Of a stretch of 21,115 bases of DNA, positions 12,259-21,115 are shown in pieces. Numbering within the stretch: position 1 is the first letter of the stretch; each line of letters starts with the position of its first letter. The DNA lies in contig PMWA01000021.1 of assembly GCA_003166335.1 (NCBI GenBank), positions 51,562 through 72,676 on the forward strand, in the 5' to 3' direction. Source of the stretch: Methanobacterium sp. Its GTDB lineage: Archaea > Methanobacteriota > Methanobacteria > Methanobacteriales > Methanobacteriaceae. The notes below the pieces were generated by a model. It was not told where the DNA came from, ran no database searches, and saw nothing but the letters and a program-made list of their open reading frames with translations. The position numbers were made by a program, and so were the translations under genes.

Positions 12259-12340
12259 AAAAAAAGTTTAATAATGAATCATTCTGATAATGTTTTAAAA
12301 AAAAAATTTAGGAAAATTAAAAAAAAGAGAAGAAATTTTT

Positions 12341-12550
12341 TTAAGCCATTTCTTTAACGGCTAATTCAATATCTGATGCTTTAATAGTTTTTCTTCCAGC
12401 GTGTTTTGCAAGTTTAACTGCTTGTCTAGAGACATCTTCAGCCCATTGTTCTAAAACCTTTTCTAATGCGTTTTCTGCACCTTGACTTATTCTTTGTCCG
12501 CCGGCATTTTTTATTATTCTTCCTATTGGAGCTATTGGTATTTCACCCAT
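12341..12550 (-). CDS. Archaeal histone, HMf family (69 aa)
   Basis: MGEIPIAPIGRIIKNAG...HAGRKTIKASDIELA; start moved from the track's 12562 to ATG 12550, which follows a GGTGA RBS at 12556-12560. Confidence 0.96.
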   Translation of the reverse strand: MGEIPIAPIGRIIKNAGGQRISQGAENALEKVLEQWAEDVSRQAVKLAKHAGRKTIKASDIELAVKEMA

Positions 12551-12584
12551 ATTAATCACCAAATAATAATTTTATAAAGCAAGT

Positions 12585-12592
12585 TATTTAAA
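12585..12592 (-). promoter_or_regulatory. TATA box of the histone gene
   Basis: TTTAAATA on the - strand, 35-42 nt upstream of ATG 12550. Confidence 0.55.
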
Positions 12593-12812
12593 TATGCCGA
12601 ATTTCAGCTGGCTTTTTATGGCTATTAACCTTATTTTGATCCTTAAAATTCTATTCAACCACTTTTTTTTATATCATTTATTTTTAAATTATTTCCAAAT
12701 TTCTGATGGATGTCCTAAACTGATCTTATCAAAGTAAGTAAAAACCTTTAGAAGGAGAAGAATATTTTGATGGATCAACTTTAAACTTTTTAGTAATATA
12801 TCAAGAAATTTT

Positions 12813-15392
12813 TTATCTTTCGATTTCTTTGATTATGGCTTGATGCATTCTTCTTATAAATTCGATGCGATCCTCATATTTCAGAACGTCTAGATAACCT
12901 TGAGCTACTAAGTTAAAAGCGAAGGGTGAAGGTATTTTAGTATTTATTTGTTTCACATCCATTTTTCCCTCCTCCTTCATCTTTAAAACTTTTTTAGCAT
13001 TTTTTAAATCCATGAAATCTTCCATTACTTCTCGACGAGCTTCTTTGAGAATGGAGAAGTTATCATCTAAGTCTTTCACGAATTTTAATAATATTTTTCC
13101 CTTCACTTGTTGACGGGATACGCTCTTTTCCTGGCCTTTGTACCTGCGCAGTATCATTAAGCTGCGGCCTGCGCAATGCCTGAAACGTCCTGCTAATGTT
13201 TCTGTTTTATCAATCGCCTTAACAAGAATTTGTTCTAGGTTTTCAGAAGTAAGCTCCTTAAATGCTTCTAATCCTCCAATCTTTCCATCAGAACTTAAAT
13301 AGAATCCATTATCAGAGACAGAGATCATTACATCTCTCCTATATTTTTTAGCTATAATATAGGCTACTGCTCGCGATAAAGCGTCATTGACTCTTCTTCC
13401 AAATAGACAATGAAATACTATAAATTTTCTGCTCCCGAAACCGGTATAGAATTCTACTAGAAGGTTTTTAAGGCTGGGAATTTGAGCGTATAGGTATTGT
13501 TCTCGGAAGTAATGGTATATGGATTGAGCGGCATTGTAATCCACGTATAAGTATTCATGGATGAAATCAGTGATTTCCTCTTTACTACGGCCGTATTGAT
13601 ATTTACCCTCCATGATACCACGAAATCTCTGTATTTCAACTGCCAGGTCAAATGATAATGGTAATTGTTCAGAGAACCATGATGGAATAGTGGGTGCGCT
13701 GTCGGATGGTGTTACATTAACCGTCATTCCCCGGGCATAGTTGAAGCGATAGATATTGCCGCCTAATACAAAAGTGTCACCCTTCTGCAGTTTCTCCATG
13801 AAAACCTCTTCTATACGTCCCACTACTTGTCCGTTACATTTAACCCGAGCCGCGGAACGGTCAGGAATAGTGCCAATATTAGTGGAGTAAAGCATTCTAG
13901 CTAACTTACCGCGTTTACCGAATCTTTTCTCATTGTAATCTACCCAAATCTTAGCGTAAACATAACGATCCTCTAAACTAGTGTAATCCCCTGCTAGATA
14001 ACTTAGCACGTTTATAAAGTCATTTTCAGAGAGTTTATGATAACAATAACTATTCCTTATTAATTGGTAGGCATCCTGTATATTCCACGGATGTTCAATA
14101 GCCATTCCATATATGTGCTGGGATAGTACATCAAGACAATTCCACGGTATGTTAATCCGGTCTATTTTACCTTCTAATGCGTTCTTAAGAATAAGACTAC
14201 ATTCCACTAAGTCATCTCGATCCACCACTATGATTCTGCCTTTTGATTTATCATGAAGACGATGTCCACTCCGGCCTATGCGCTGTAATGCTCGGCTGAC
14301 TGATTTAGGACTACTAATCAAAGCCACTAGGTCAATGTAACCTATATCGATACCTAACTCTAAAGAAGTGGATGATACCACTACTTTCAATGCACCTTCT
14401 TTAAGTTTATCTTCAGCTTCTAATCTGAGTTCACGGGAGAGAGAGGAGTGATGAGCCATTATATTCCCTTCATGATAAATATCAGGGAATCGTTTTTTTA
14501 GATTGAATACTACACTTTCAGTGCCGCTGCGGGTGTTGGTGAATATTAATGTTGTTTTATGATTAGTTATGAGTTTATGGAGCATATTATACATTGCGTC
14601 ATTTGTTTCCTTTGGATCTGATTCCACTATATCCTCTACGGGACATAAAACCTTCATATCTAATTGTTTAAGATAATTCACATTTACTATTTTACAATTC
14701 CTCACTTCTCCATTTTCATATCCTACAAGGTAGCGAGCCATCTTCTCCAGGGGATGTACTGTAGCGCTTAAACCTATTCTAGTAAAGTGACCGGCTAAAT
14801 TCTGTAGTCTCTCTAATGTTAAGTTAAGATGTACACCCCTTTTATTATCTGCTAATGAATGAATCTCATCTACTATAACATATTTAACATCTTGGAGTCT
14901 CTCCCTGAATTTAGGTGCGCAGAGCAGGATGGATAATGTTTCAGGTGTAGTTATCAGGATATGTGGTGGTGTTTTTAACATTTTTGACCTTTGATAAGGG
15001 TTAGTGTCACCAGTGCGGACAGCCTTTCGGATTCCTAGTTTATGGCCTGCAATTTCCTCTATTCCCTTTAATGGTTCCTCTAAGTTTTTTTCAATATCAT
15101 TATCCAAAGCTTTAAGTGGTGAAATGTAGATGCAGTAAACTTTATCTTCTAATCCATCCATCTCGGATAAATAAGTTAACTGACTTATTATGGAGAGAAA
15201 CGCAGTTAATGTTTTACCTGAACCAGTGGGTGATGAAACTAATAAGTTACTACCATGATGAATATCTAATAGAGCCTGTTTCTGAGATTGAGTGAATGTT
15301 TCAAAATTGTTTTTAAACCATTCTTTAACCCAAGGATGTAATATTTTATAAATCTCCCTATCTGGGTAAATTTTATCCTGTACTTCAATCAT
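12813..15392 (-). CDS. lhr: ATP-dependent SF2 helicase, Lhr family (Lhr-core/aLhr2-like)
   Basis: [44 protein letters not shown], then NIGTIPD and PSWFSE Lhr-typical motifs. Confidence 0.94.
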   Translation of the reverse strand: MIEVQDKIYPDREIYKILHPWVKEWFKNNFETFTQSQKQALLDIHHGSNLLVSSPTGSGKTLTAFLSIISQLTYLSEMDGLEDKVYCIYISPLKALDNDIEKNLEEPLKGIEEIAGHKLGIRKAVRTGDTNPYQRSKMLKTPPHILITTPETLSILLCAPKFRERLQDVKYVIVDEIHSLADNKRGVHLNLTLERLQNLAGHFTRIGLSATVHPLEKMARYLVGYENGEVRNCKIVNVNYLKQLDMKVLCPVEDIVESDPKETNDAMYNMLHKLITNHKTTLIFTNTRSGTESVVFNLKKRFPDIYHEGNIMAHHSSLSRELRLEAEDKLKEGALKVVVSSTSLELGIDIGYIDLVALISSPKSVSRALQRIGRSGHRLHDKSKGRIIVVDRDDLVECSLILKNALEGKIDRINIPWNCLDVLSQHIYGMAIEHPWNIQDAYQLIRNSYCYHKLSENDFINVLSYLAGDYTSLEDRYVYAKIWVDYNEKRFGKRGKLARMLYSTNIGTIPDRSAARVKCNGQVVGRIEEVFMEKLQKGDTFVLGGNIYRFNYARGMTVNVTPSDSAPTIPSWFSEQLPLSFDLAVEIQRFRGIMEGKYQYGRSKEEITDFIHEYLYVDYNAAQSIYHYFREQYLYAQIPSLKNLLVEFYTGFGSRKFIVFHCLFGRRVNDALSRAVAYIIAKKYRRDVMISVSDNGFYLSSDGKIGGLEAFKELTSENLEQILVKAIDKTETLAGRFRHCAGRSLMILRRYKGQEKSVSRQQVKGKILLKFVKDLDDNFSILKEARREVMEDFMDLKNAKKVLKMKEEGKMDVKQINTKIPSPFAFNLVAQGYLDVLKYEDRIEFIRRMHQAIIKEIER

Positions 15393-15495
15393 TTATCTTT
15401 TCCTTTATTATAATTCGTTTTAAATTCTAGATTATTTTTCATAGATTAAAAATTTTATATTAAATAAAATACATTCCAAAATAATATGAATAGAA

Positions 15496-16230
15496 TTAAT
15501 AAAAATCTTTAAATGATGTGATATTCTTTAATTTCCCAAAAGGGAATACTTCAAAGTCTTCAATTGCATAAACTTCTAATTCATCCATCTTCATTTTCTT
15601 TAAAAATGGACTTAACGGTTTTTCCTGGAGAATATCGGACCCTTCAGTAACAAAATTGAAAGAAGGCATAACAATTAGATTCCAATCCTTATATTTACCT
15701 GTAAGATAACACTTAATTTTCTCTACCCGTTCACCACTGCGTAATCCAATGCAAGGGTGTTCATGACCTATCACTATACTTTCAACATCATAGTCATTTA
15801 ATTTAGTTGGAATCTTATCTCCATGCGTGATTAGCGAATTATCAAGACTATAATTTTCATAAACCTGTAAATCCATTTTACGAGCTATAAATTTGGTGAA
15901 ATTATCATGATTACCTTTTATTAAAATTATTTCTTCAAAATTACTTTTTAAATAATCGAGAAATTCCAGAGTTTCATTCCATTCTTGGCGACTAATTTGG
16001 CCAAATTCATGCTTCAAATCTCCATTAACTATTATTTTATTACAAGAAGATTTTTTTTTAATCTCATTTAATCTATTAACAATATGAGGATACTGGAATT
16101 TAGGTACCATAATACCTTCTGCATTTAACGATTGCTCATAACCTAAATGTAGATCAGAAATAATTAAGTAATCTTTAATTTTTAAGGCCAAATCAATAAT
16201 AAAGGCATCTTTTAAATCAATAAACTCCAT
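15496..16230 (-). CDS. Calcineurin-like metallophosphoesterase (Lhr-associated MPE type)
   Basis: SDLHLG, NGDLKH, KGNHD, THGD, GHEHP, VMPSF. Confidence 0.92.
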   Translation of the reverse strand: MEFIDLKDAFIIDLALKIKDYLIISDLHLGYEQSLNAEGIMVPKFQYPHIVNRLNEIKKKSSCNKIIVNGDLKHEFGQISRQEWNETLEFLDYLKSNFEEIILIKGNHDNFTKFIARKMDLQVYENYSLDNSLITHGDKIPTKLNDYDVESIVIGHEHPCIGLRSGERVEKIKCYLTGKYKDWNLIVMPSFNFVTEGSDILQEKPLSPFLKKMKMDELEVYAIEDFEVFPFGKLKNITSFKDFY

Positions 16231-16665
16231 TTTAACATTTATTCCGTTTTTTTAATCATAATAAAAAAAAAATATATTCTAAATAAACCAATATTTTATA
16301 GTGTTATAAAAAGAATGAATATTTTTTTGAAAACTCGAAAAAAAAAAGTTAATTCATCAAATTTTTATTATAATTATTAACTAATATCATTATTTCTTTA
16401 TTTATAAATATATTTCTTTATAAGTTTAAGAAAAATTTTCTTTAGTAAAATTATAAATTAAAAATTATTATTTAATAAAAAAAAATATTAAATTCTTTAA
16501 TTACTCAAACCTTCTTCTTTCAACTGAAAAACAGGTTTTCATTTACAAATAGATTAATTTATTCATCACATATGCATAAAAAAATGGATAGAATAAATGA
16601 ATAAAATATTTAATTTAAATAAAAATAGGGGTATAAAAAAAATAAATAAAAGAGGTCTATGAAAT

Positions 16666-17229
16666 ATGACTACTGAAATAGATGATCTCATAAAAAAACT
16701 CAACAATGATGATGTAGATGAAAGGATGGAAGCAGCATCAACACTTGGCAGTACGAATGATGGAAAAGTAATTGAAGCATTAATCCGTGCTTTTGAAGAT
16801 GATAATCCTGAAGTCAGACTTCAAGCAGCTAAAAGTCTTTCATTAATTGGTGATCTAGCTGTGGAACCCTTGATAGATTCTTTGAAGATCGATGATAGTG
16901 GCATCCGCCGCTATGCTACCTATACTCTTAAATGTATAGGGGATAATAGCGTGGTTAACCATCTAATCGATGCTTTAAAAGATGATGATTGGGGTGTTCG
17001 TAAATTCTCAGCCAAATCATTAGGAGAAATGGAAGCATTAATAGCAGTAGAACCATTAATTAAAACTTTAGAAGATGAAGATTGGGGAGTTAGAGTAGCA
17101 GCAACTAAAGCTCTAGGAGATATTGGAGATAAAAGAGCAGTAGATCCAATCAAAAAAGCCAGGCGAAAAGCACGCGGCGATAAAGAGTACAAAAAAGTAG
17201 CTAATAAAGCCTTAAAAAAATTTAAATAA
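16666..17229 (+). CDS. HEAT/PBS-lyase repeat protein
   Basis: About 31-aa repeats such as LIDALKDDDWGVRKFSAKSLG and LIKTLEDEDWGVRVAATKALG; GAGGT RBS. Confidence 0.93.
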   Translation: MTTEIDDLIKKLNNDDVDERMEAASTLGSTNDGKVIEALIRAFEDDNPEVRLQAAKSLSLIGDLAVEPLIDSLKIDDSGIRRYATYTLKCIGDNSVVNHLIDALKDDDWGVRKFSAKSLGEMEALIAVEPLIKTLEDEDWGVRVAATKALGDIGDKRAVDPIKKARRKARGDKEYKKVANKALKKFK

Positions 17230-17230
17230 T

Positions 17231-18061
17231 CTATTTTTTTTTAATTTCATAAAGATCTGTACGCCGATTCCTTAACAATGGTAATTGATTGCGTATTTCC
17301 TTAATCCGGTTAAGTTTAATGTCAGCATAAATTATATCTTCTAGTGTGCCTGCCTGTGCCAGTACTTCTCCCCAGGGATCAACAATCATAGAATGACCAT
17401 AAACCACATATGATGCATTCCAATTCCTAGCTGGTGATGCTGCAACCATAAAAACTTGATTATCGATAGCCCTACTACGAACAGTGCATTCCCAATGAAT
17501 TGGGCCAGTAGTCATATTAAAAGCTCCGGGAATTACTATTAAATCAGCTTCATTTAGTGTCATGAGTCTCAATAACTCAGGGAATCTCATATCATAGCAA
17601 ATAGCCACACCTATTTTACAAAATTCTGTTTCAAGCACCGTAATCTCATCACCAGGCGTGAGTGTTTCTGACTCTTTAAAATTAATTTCATCAGGAACAT
17701 CAATATCAAAAAGATGCAATTTACGATGCGATCCAATTAAATCACCCCGTCCATCAAAGATGAAACTAGTATTGTATATTTTTCTATCTTCAGACTCAGG
17801 TATTGATCCCGCGACTATATTTATTTCACATTCCGCTGCAATTTTAGATATTATCTTTAAAGTTTTACTATTATTTCTATCTTCAGAGTATTCTCTGAAT
17901 TTCTGATTATCGTATGGACAGTTGAACATCTCCGGAAGAACAACCAGATCAGTATTATGACGAGATGCTTCTAATATCATATTAACAGCTTTATCTATGT
18001 TTTCGTCTTTATCATTCACCACCATCATCTGGCAGACAGCTAATTTAAAATCGTTTTTCAT
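17231..18061 (-). CDS. Carbon-nitrogen hydrolase (Nit1/Nit2 omega-amidase-like)
   Basis: E-K-C triad: [41 protein letters not shown]. Confidence 0.94.
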   Translation of the reverse strand: MKNDFKLAVCQMMVVNDKDENIDKAVNMILEASRHNTDLVVLPEMFNCPYDNQKFREYSEDRNNSKTLKIISKIAAECEINIVAGSIPESEDRKIYNTSFIFDGRGDLIGSHRKLHLFDIDVPDEINFKESETLTPGDEITVLETEFCKIGVAICYDMRFPELLRLMTLNEADLIVIPGAFNMTTGPIHWECTVRSRAIDNQVFMVAASPARNWNASYVVYGHSMIVDPWGEVLAQAGTLEDIIYADIKLNRIKEIRNQLPLLRNRRTDLYEIKKK

Positions 18062-18493
18062 TGCAAATCAACTAAAATATCAAAATCTTTAATTATACTA
18101 TAAAATTTTATTTCAATGATAGAAGTTAATAATATTTATAGGGTTCTAGAAATTTTTTATGATGCTGGAGCTTTCTATCTTTGGGTTGGTATTTGTAACA
18201 TATCGATGTGATAATGCTCGTTAAAAACTGTGTTTATTAATACGATTTTATGTGAACGCTACATGTACTGATTTAAAATAATTTAAGAGACAATCCTGTT
18301 TTTTTTTAATCCCTTATTTGAACATCTCCAATTAATGGGGGGGCTAAAAATGAAAATTAAATTTTTGGATTTCTGTAAGTAATAATATTCCAATTAATTT
18401 TATTATTTTTTTTTAGAATATTTTAGCAAATTAATTGAATTCATAAATTCTACTGAAACTTTTATATGATACGGAAATCTTCATATGGAAGTA

Positions 18494-18557
18494 TAATAAT
18501 TGTTATATAATTTTAATAATTGTTATAAAATGGGTAATTACAACGTCGTTATAATTA
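18494..18557. promoter_or_regulatory. Repeated putative regulator boxes upstream of the alba promoter
   Basis: TAATAATTGTTATA at 18494-18507 and 18514-18527; imperfect palindrome TAATTACAAC-GTC-GTTATAATTA at 18535-18557. Confidence 0.5.
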
Positions 18558-18602
18558 AATTGCATGGTTGTTTTTACCCCAGTTAAATAACTTCGCTTAG
18601 GA

Positions 18603-18610
18603 TATAAATA
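18603..18610 (+). promoter_or_regulatory. Putative TATA box for the alba transcript
   Basis: TATAAATA directly downstream of the repeated boxes and upstream of the structured region. Confidence 0.4.
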
Positions 18611-18629
18611 TTAACATTATTATGTGTAT

Positions 18630-18858
18630 AGGTATGATTATTAAACTATTAATTACCTACAAAAATCCAAAAAATAAGCGAACAACATCTCCTAGAGGCG
18701 GTGGAGATGTAAATAAAAAGTATAGGTGATATGGTCAATGGTTTCTATAGGAGGTTTAAACATCCTCCGTTTAATCAACCACTGATAGCTCAGTTAAGAA
18801 ATAAAAAAAAATTAAATAGTATTTTAAAATCCAATTTTTTTCTTGGAGGTAAAAAAAG
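18630..18858 (+). ncRNA. Candidate structured 5' leader or sRNA upstream of alba
   Basis: ACATCTCC/GGAGATGT hairpin (18685-18710) and GGAGG/CCTCC hairpin (18750-18768) inside an imperfect TCAATGGTT/AACCACTGA stem. Confidence 0.4.
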
Positions 18859-19143
18859 ATGTCAGAGGAAAATGTAGTATATGTCGGAACTAAACCCGCA
18901 ATGGACTATGTATTATCAGCAGTGACTCAACTGAACAGTGGAACATCTGAAGTAATGTTAAAGGCTAGAGGAAGAGCTATAAGTAGAGCTGTTGATGTTG
19001 CCGAAATTGTTAGAAATAAGTTTGTATTAGATGCAGAACTTGGAACAATCAATATCAGCACAGAAGAAGTATCAAATAAGGAAGGATCAAACATTAATGT
19101 TTCATCCATTGAAATACATCTTAACAAAAAAAACTGTAAATAA
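18859..19143 (+). CDS. albA: DNA/RNA-binding protein Alba
   Basis: [44 protein letters not shown] at 18845-18850. Confidence 0.95.
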   Translation: MSEENVVYVGTKPAMDYVLSAVTQLNSGTSEVMLKARGRAISRAVDVAEIVRNKFVLDAELGTINISTEEVSNKEGSNINVSSIEIHLNKKNCK

Positions 19144-19254
19144 TACCCTGAAATGAAAAAAATACTTTTTTCTAATTTTTTAAGGATAATAAGCTTAAAA
19201 TTTTAATTTTGTAAAATATTATACATGAAGAAGCTTATCATTTTAGGTTGGGCT

Positions 19255-19346
19255 TCATTTTTTACAGTCTAAACTGAATTCTTCTTCTACCTTGCAATCT
19301 GGGCACATCCATTCTACTATTTTTTATGCTGTATTGATATTCCCAT
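19255..19346 (-). pseudogene. Possible degraded Cys-rich (zinc-ribbon-like) small ORF
   Basis: The minus strand reads KIVEWMCPDCKVEEEFSLDCKK-TGA; an upstream ATG (19346) joins only through a frameshift in an A6 run. Confidence 0.25.
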
Positions 19347-19508
19347 AAAGAAAAAGTGATAAATTGAAAAGCAATAAAAATCAGAGATCTACCTGAAAAA
19401 TAATTCAGGTATAAAATGAAGTAAAAGGTTAAATATTAACTCTAATCGTAGATTTTTTTTAAACTTATTCCTGATAATCATAACAATTATTTAAGCGGGG
19501 ATATTTAA

Positions 19509-19913
19509 ATGATCAATGATGATTCAAAGATATATAAACTTTTCATAATCCATTTAAATGAGGATGATGATGAATATAAACTTTTCCTAAGTAAATTAGA
19601 TGCATCCTATGATTTCGAGTGGAAAGATTACTCATTTCAAAGTGAAACCCTCCATATGGAATTCGAAGAGCAAATGGAACTTGTTGATGTGATTATAATT
19701 TTATCCGGTCTATATATTAAAAATAGGAAACTAATAAAGAAACAGATAGATGTAGCAGTAAAACTAAGAAAACCTATAATAGTTATAAGACCCTACGGTA
19801 TGGAAAATGTGCCATCTGCTTTAGAACAAATAGCAAATGAGGTAGTAGGATGGAATACTCCATGTATAGTTGATTCAATACAAGAAACCCTGGAAGAAAA
19901 TGATATAGATTAA
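19509..19913 (+). CDS. TIR-like domain protein, MTH538/DUF1863 (ThsB-like) family
   Basis: YKLFIIH first strand, DYS, DVIIILSGLY, A..LRKPIIVIRPYG...VP, ANEVVGWN. Confidence 0.8.
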   Translation: MINDDSKIYKLFIIHLNEDDDEYKLFLSKLDASYDFEWKDYSFQSETLHMEFEEQMELVDVIIILSGLYIKNRKLIKKQIDVAVKLRKPIIVIRPYGMENVPSALEQIANEVVGWNTPCIVDSIQETLEENDID

Positions 19914-19964
19914 AATACATCCTATAAAAGTCTATAAAAATTAAAACCGGGCAGATGGTTAATT

Positions 19965-20192
19965 ATGAGTTGTTATATTAAACATATGAAAGATTTTCTA
20001 AATGATTTGGAAATACCTCTGGAAACCAAACAAGAAAGAAAAAATGCAGATTTAGCTATTAGAAAAGTTATAGGCAAGACTAAAAACGATAAATGCAACA
20101 TGGTTTGGTTGGAAGTTAAAGTCTGGCTTCAGGATGAGGATATGAAGCAGAAACTAGCAGACGACCTTAAATTAGAAGAAATAAGTTCCTAA
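19965..20192 (+). CDS. Small hypothetical protein (MSCY..H N-terminus, C...W.EVK motif)
   Basis: 75-aa ORF co-oriented with the TIR-like gene, protein-like composition, plausible RBS. Confidence 0.75.
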   Translation: MSCYIKHMKDFLNDLEIPLETKQERKNADLAIRKVIGKTKNDKCNMVWLEVKVWLQDEDMKQKLADDLKLEEISS

Positions 20193-20336
20193 AGGTTTAA
20201 TAAGCATCTTTCAAATAATTATGTTTAACATCTATTAGAAATTCCTTAAAAAATATTTTAAAGTATCTTATCTGAATTAAGAATGAATCTATTAATTTTC
20301 TCAAATATTAAATAATGAAAAACGGATTTACTTTTT

Positions 20337-21086
20337 TTAAAAAAAATCTAAGGTAATTTTATTTTTTCTTTCAAGCTCTTTCGGTGGTTCTAACTCTATA
20401 TATTCCATTTTATTTTCTTTTAAAAGTTCACGAGCATCTTCTGTTAAAGATGGAGAAACCAATATTCCACGCACGAATTTTTTATGATCACTAAAATGTT
20501 TTAAATATCTACTTAATTGTTTAACTGCATTAATGCCTGCTCTTCGACTTTTTAATTCTAGAATTGTAATTTTACCTTCTTTATCTTTCCCGATTATGTC
20601 TATAAATCCGGTTGGAGTGGAATATTCTTTAGATGTAGGTCTGAAACCTTTTTCAATAAGATAAGGATTTTTTAGTATCATTTCCCTCATATCCTCTTCA
20701 TAACCAGCTAATTCTAGTTCTTTTGTATCTTTTCCTAAATGATAAGAAATTAAATGAAGATTTACGATTTCTAATTCCAATATTTCTTCAGGATTTCGCC
20801 TAATACCTCGAATAATTAATCTTCCATTTTCTTCTTTCACATAGATTTTAGTTTTAGGCGGCTGCCAGTTTATGGGTTCCAAATTCCGATCTTGGTGAAT
20901 AATGAATGAACCATCACCCTTAATTAGTACAGTTCTTTCCCCAAGTCCCAGTCTACTTACAGCTCTACCTTCATATTTAACTTTACAACAAACTATTAAA
21001 ATTAAAGAAGCTCTCTTTGAAATACCCTCGTTAATTAGTTCTAAGGCTTCTTTATTTGATGGATTCTTTTTTATTTTTAAAATCAT
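20337..21086 (-). CDS. nucS: Mismatch-specific endonuclease NucS/EndoMS
   Basis: [32 protein letters not shown]...[18 protein letters not shown] RecB-like motifs, C-terminal TLDFF PIP-like motif. Confidence 0.95.
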   Translation of the reverse strand: MILKIKKNPSNKEALELINEGISKRASLILIVCCKVKYEGRAVSRLGLGERTVLIKGDGSFIIHQDRNLEPINWQPPKTKIYVKEENGRLIIRGIRRNPEEILELEIVNLHLISYHLGKDTKELELAGYEEDMREMILKNPYLIEKGFRPTSKEYSTPTGFIDIIGKDKEGKITILELKSRRAGINAVKQLSRYLKHFSDHKKFVRGILVSPSLTEDARELLKENKMEYIELEPPKELERKNKITLDFF

Positions 21087-21115
21087 AATTTTAAACCATT
21101 TATAAAAGTTTTTTT

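Noticed and set aside
12551..12562. MVIN N-terminal extension of the histone in the ORF track
   Set aside because: Overlaps the GGTGA RBS; ATG 12550 gives the canonical MGE(L/I)P start
12636..12778. Imperfect inverted ends (TTGATCC...GGATCAA) suggesting a MITE
   Set aside because: Only 7 bp are perfect, with no clear target-site duplication and no second copy in the window
13457..13651. 64-aa same-strand alternative-frame ORF inside lhr
   Set aside because: Nested out of frame within an intact gene; no motif support
16231..16665. Extremely AT-rich 435-bp spacer as a replication origin or CRISPR leader
   Set aside because: No recognisable ORB repeats, cdc6, repeat-spacer array or cas genes; adequately explained as a divergent promoter region
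16920..17906. ORFs 16920-17192 (-) and 17658-17906 (+)
   Set aside because: Antisense shadows of the HEAT and nitrilase genes
18208..18271. Possible C/D box sRNA (GTGATAA ... CTGA)
   Set aside because: The C box is imperfect, the internal D'/C' boxes are unconvincing and I cannot identify a target; snoscan would settle it
18720..18790. Fluoride riboswitch or other known riboswitch upstream of alba
   Set aside because: The conserved core and pseudoknot are not matched, and the downstream gene is not a typical target
18927..19127. 66-aa minus-strand ORF
   Set aside because: Antisense to alba
19255..19257. TGA as selenocysteine completing a CxxU motif
   Set aside because: Methanobacteriales are not known to use selenocysteine, and no SECIS-like hairpin is evident
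19509..20192. Complete Thoeris anti-phage system
   Set aside because: No ThsA-type effector (SIR2/Macro/TM) in the window and the TIR catalytic Glu appears substituted
20902..21105. 67-aa plus-strand ORF
   Set aside because: Antisense to nucS

Overview
AT-rich chromosomal segment from a methanogenic archaeon, most likely Methanobacteriaceae (Methanobacterium-like). This is inferred from an HMf-type histone, Alba, NucS with a PIP-box-like tail, TTTA(T/A)ATA TATA boxes and GGTGA/GGAGG ribosome-binding sites. About 21 credible CDSs: a MacB/FtsX-type ABC permease plus ATPase; a hexapeptide acyltransferase; an arsR-lon unit encoding a bacterial-type soluble LonA behind a perfect 22-bp palindrome; a 4-oxalocrotonate tautomerase; a Rieske ferredoxin; a YyaL-type thioredoxin-domain protein; a NikR-family regulator divergent from a ZnuACB-like metal ABC importer; and a chromatin/DNA-repair neighbourhood (histone, Lhr helicase, metallophosphoesterase, HEAT protein, nitrilase-family hydrolase, Alba, TIR-like protein, small hypothetical, NucS). 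I see no tRNA, rRNA, CRISPR array or intact mobile element. The best candidates for undescribed biology are (i) a long, switch-like structured leader upstream of alba, (ii) the ArsR-controlled LonA unit, (iii) a NikR paralog with its own operator facing a Zn-type importer, and (iv) an apparently catalytically degenerate TIR-like protein paired with a small Cys/His protein. All calls were made by eye from motifs; no database search was run.
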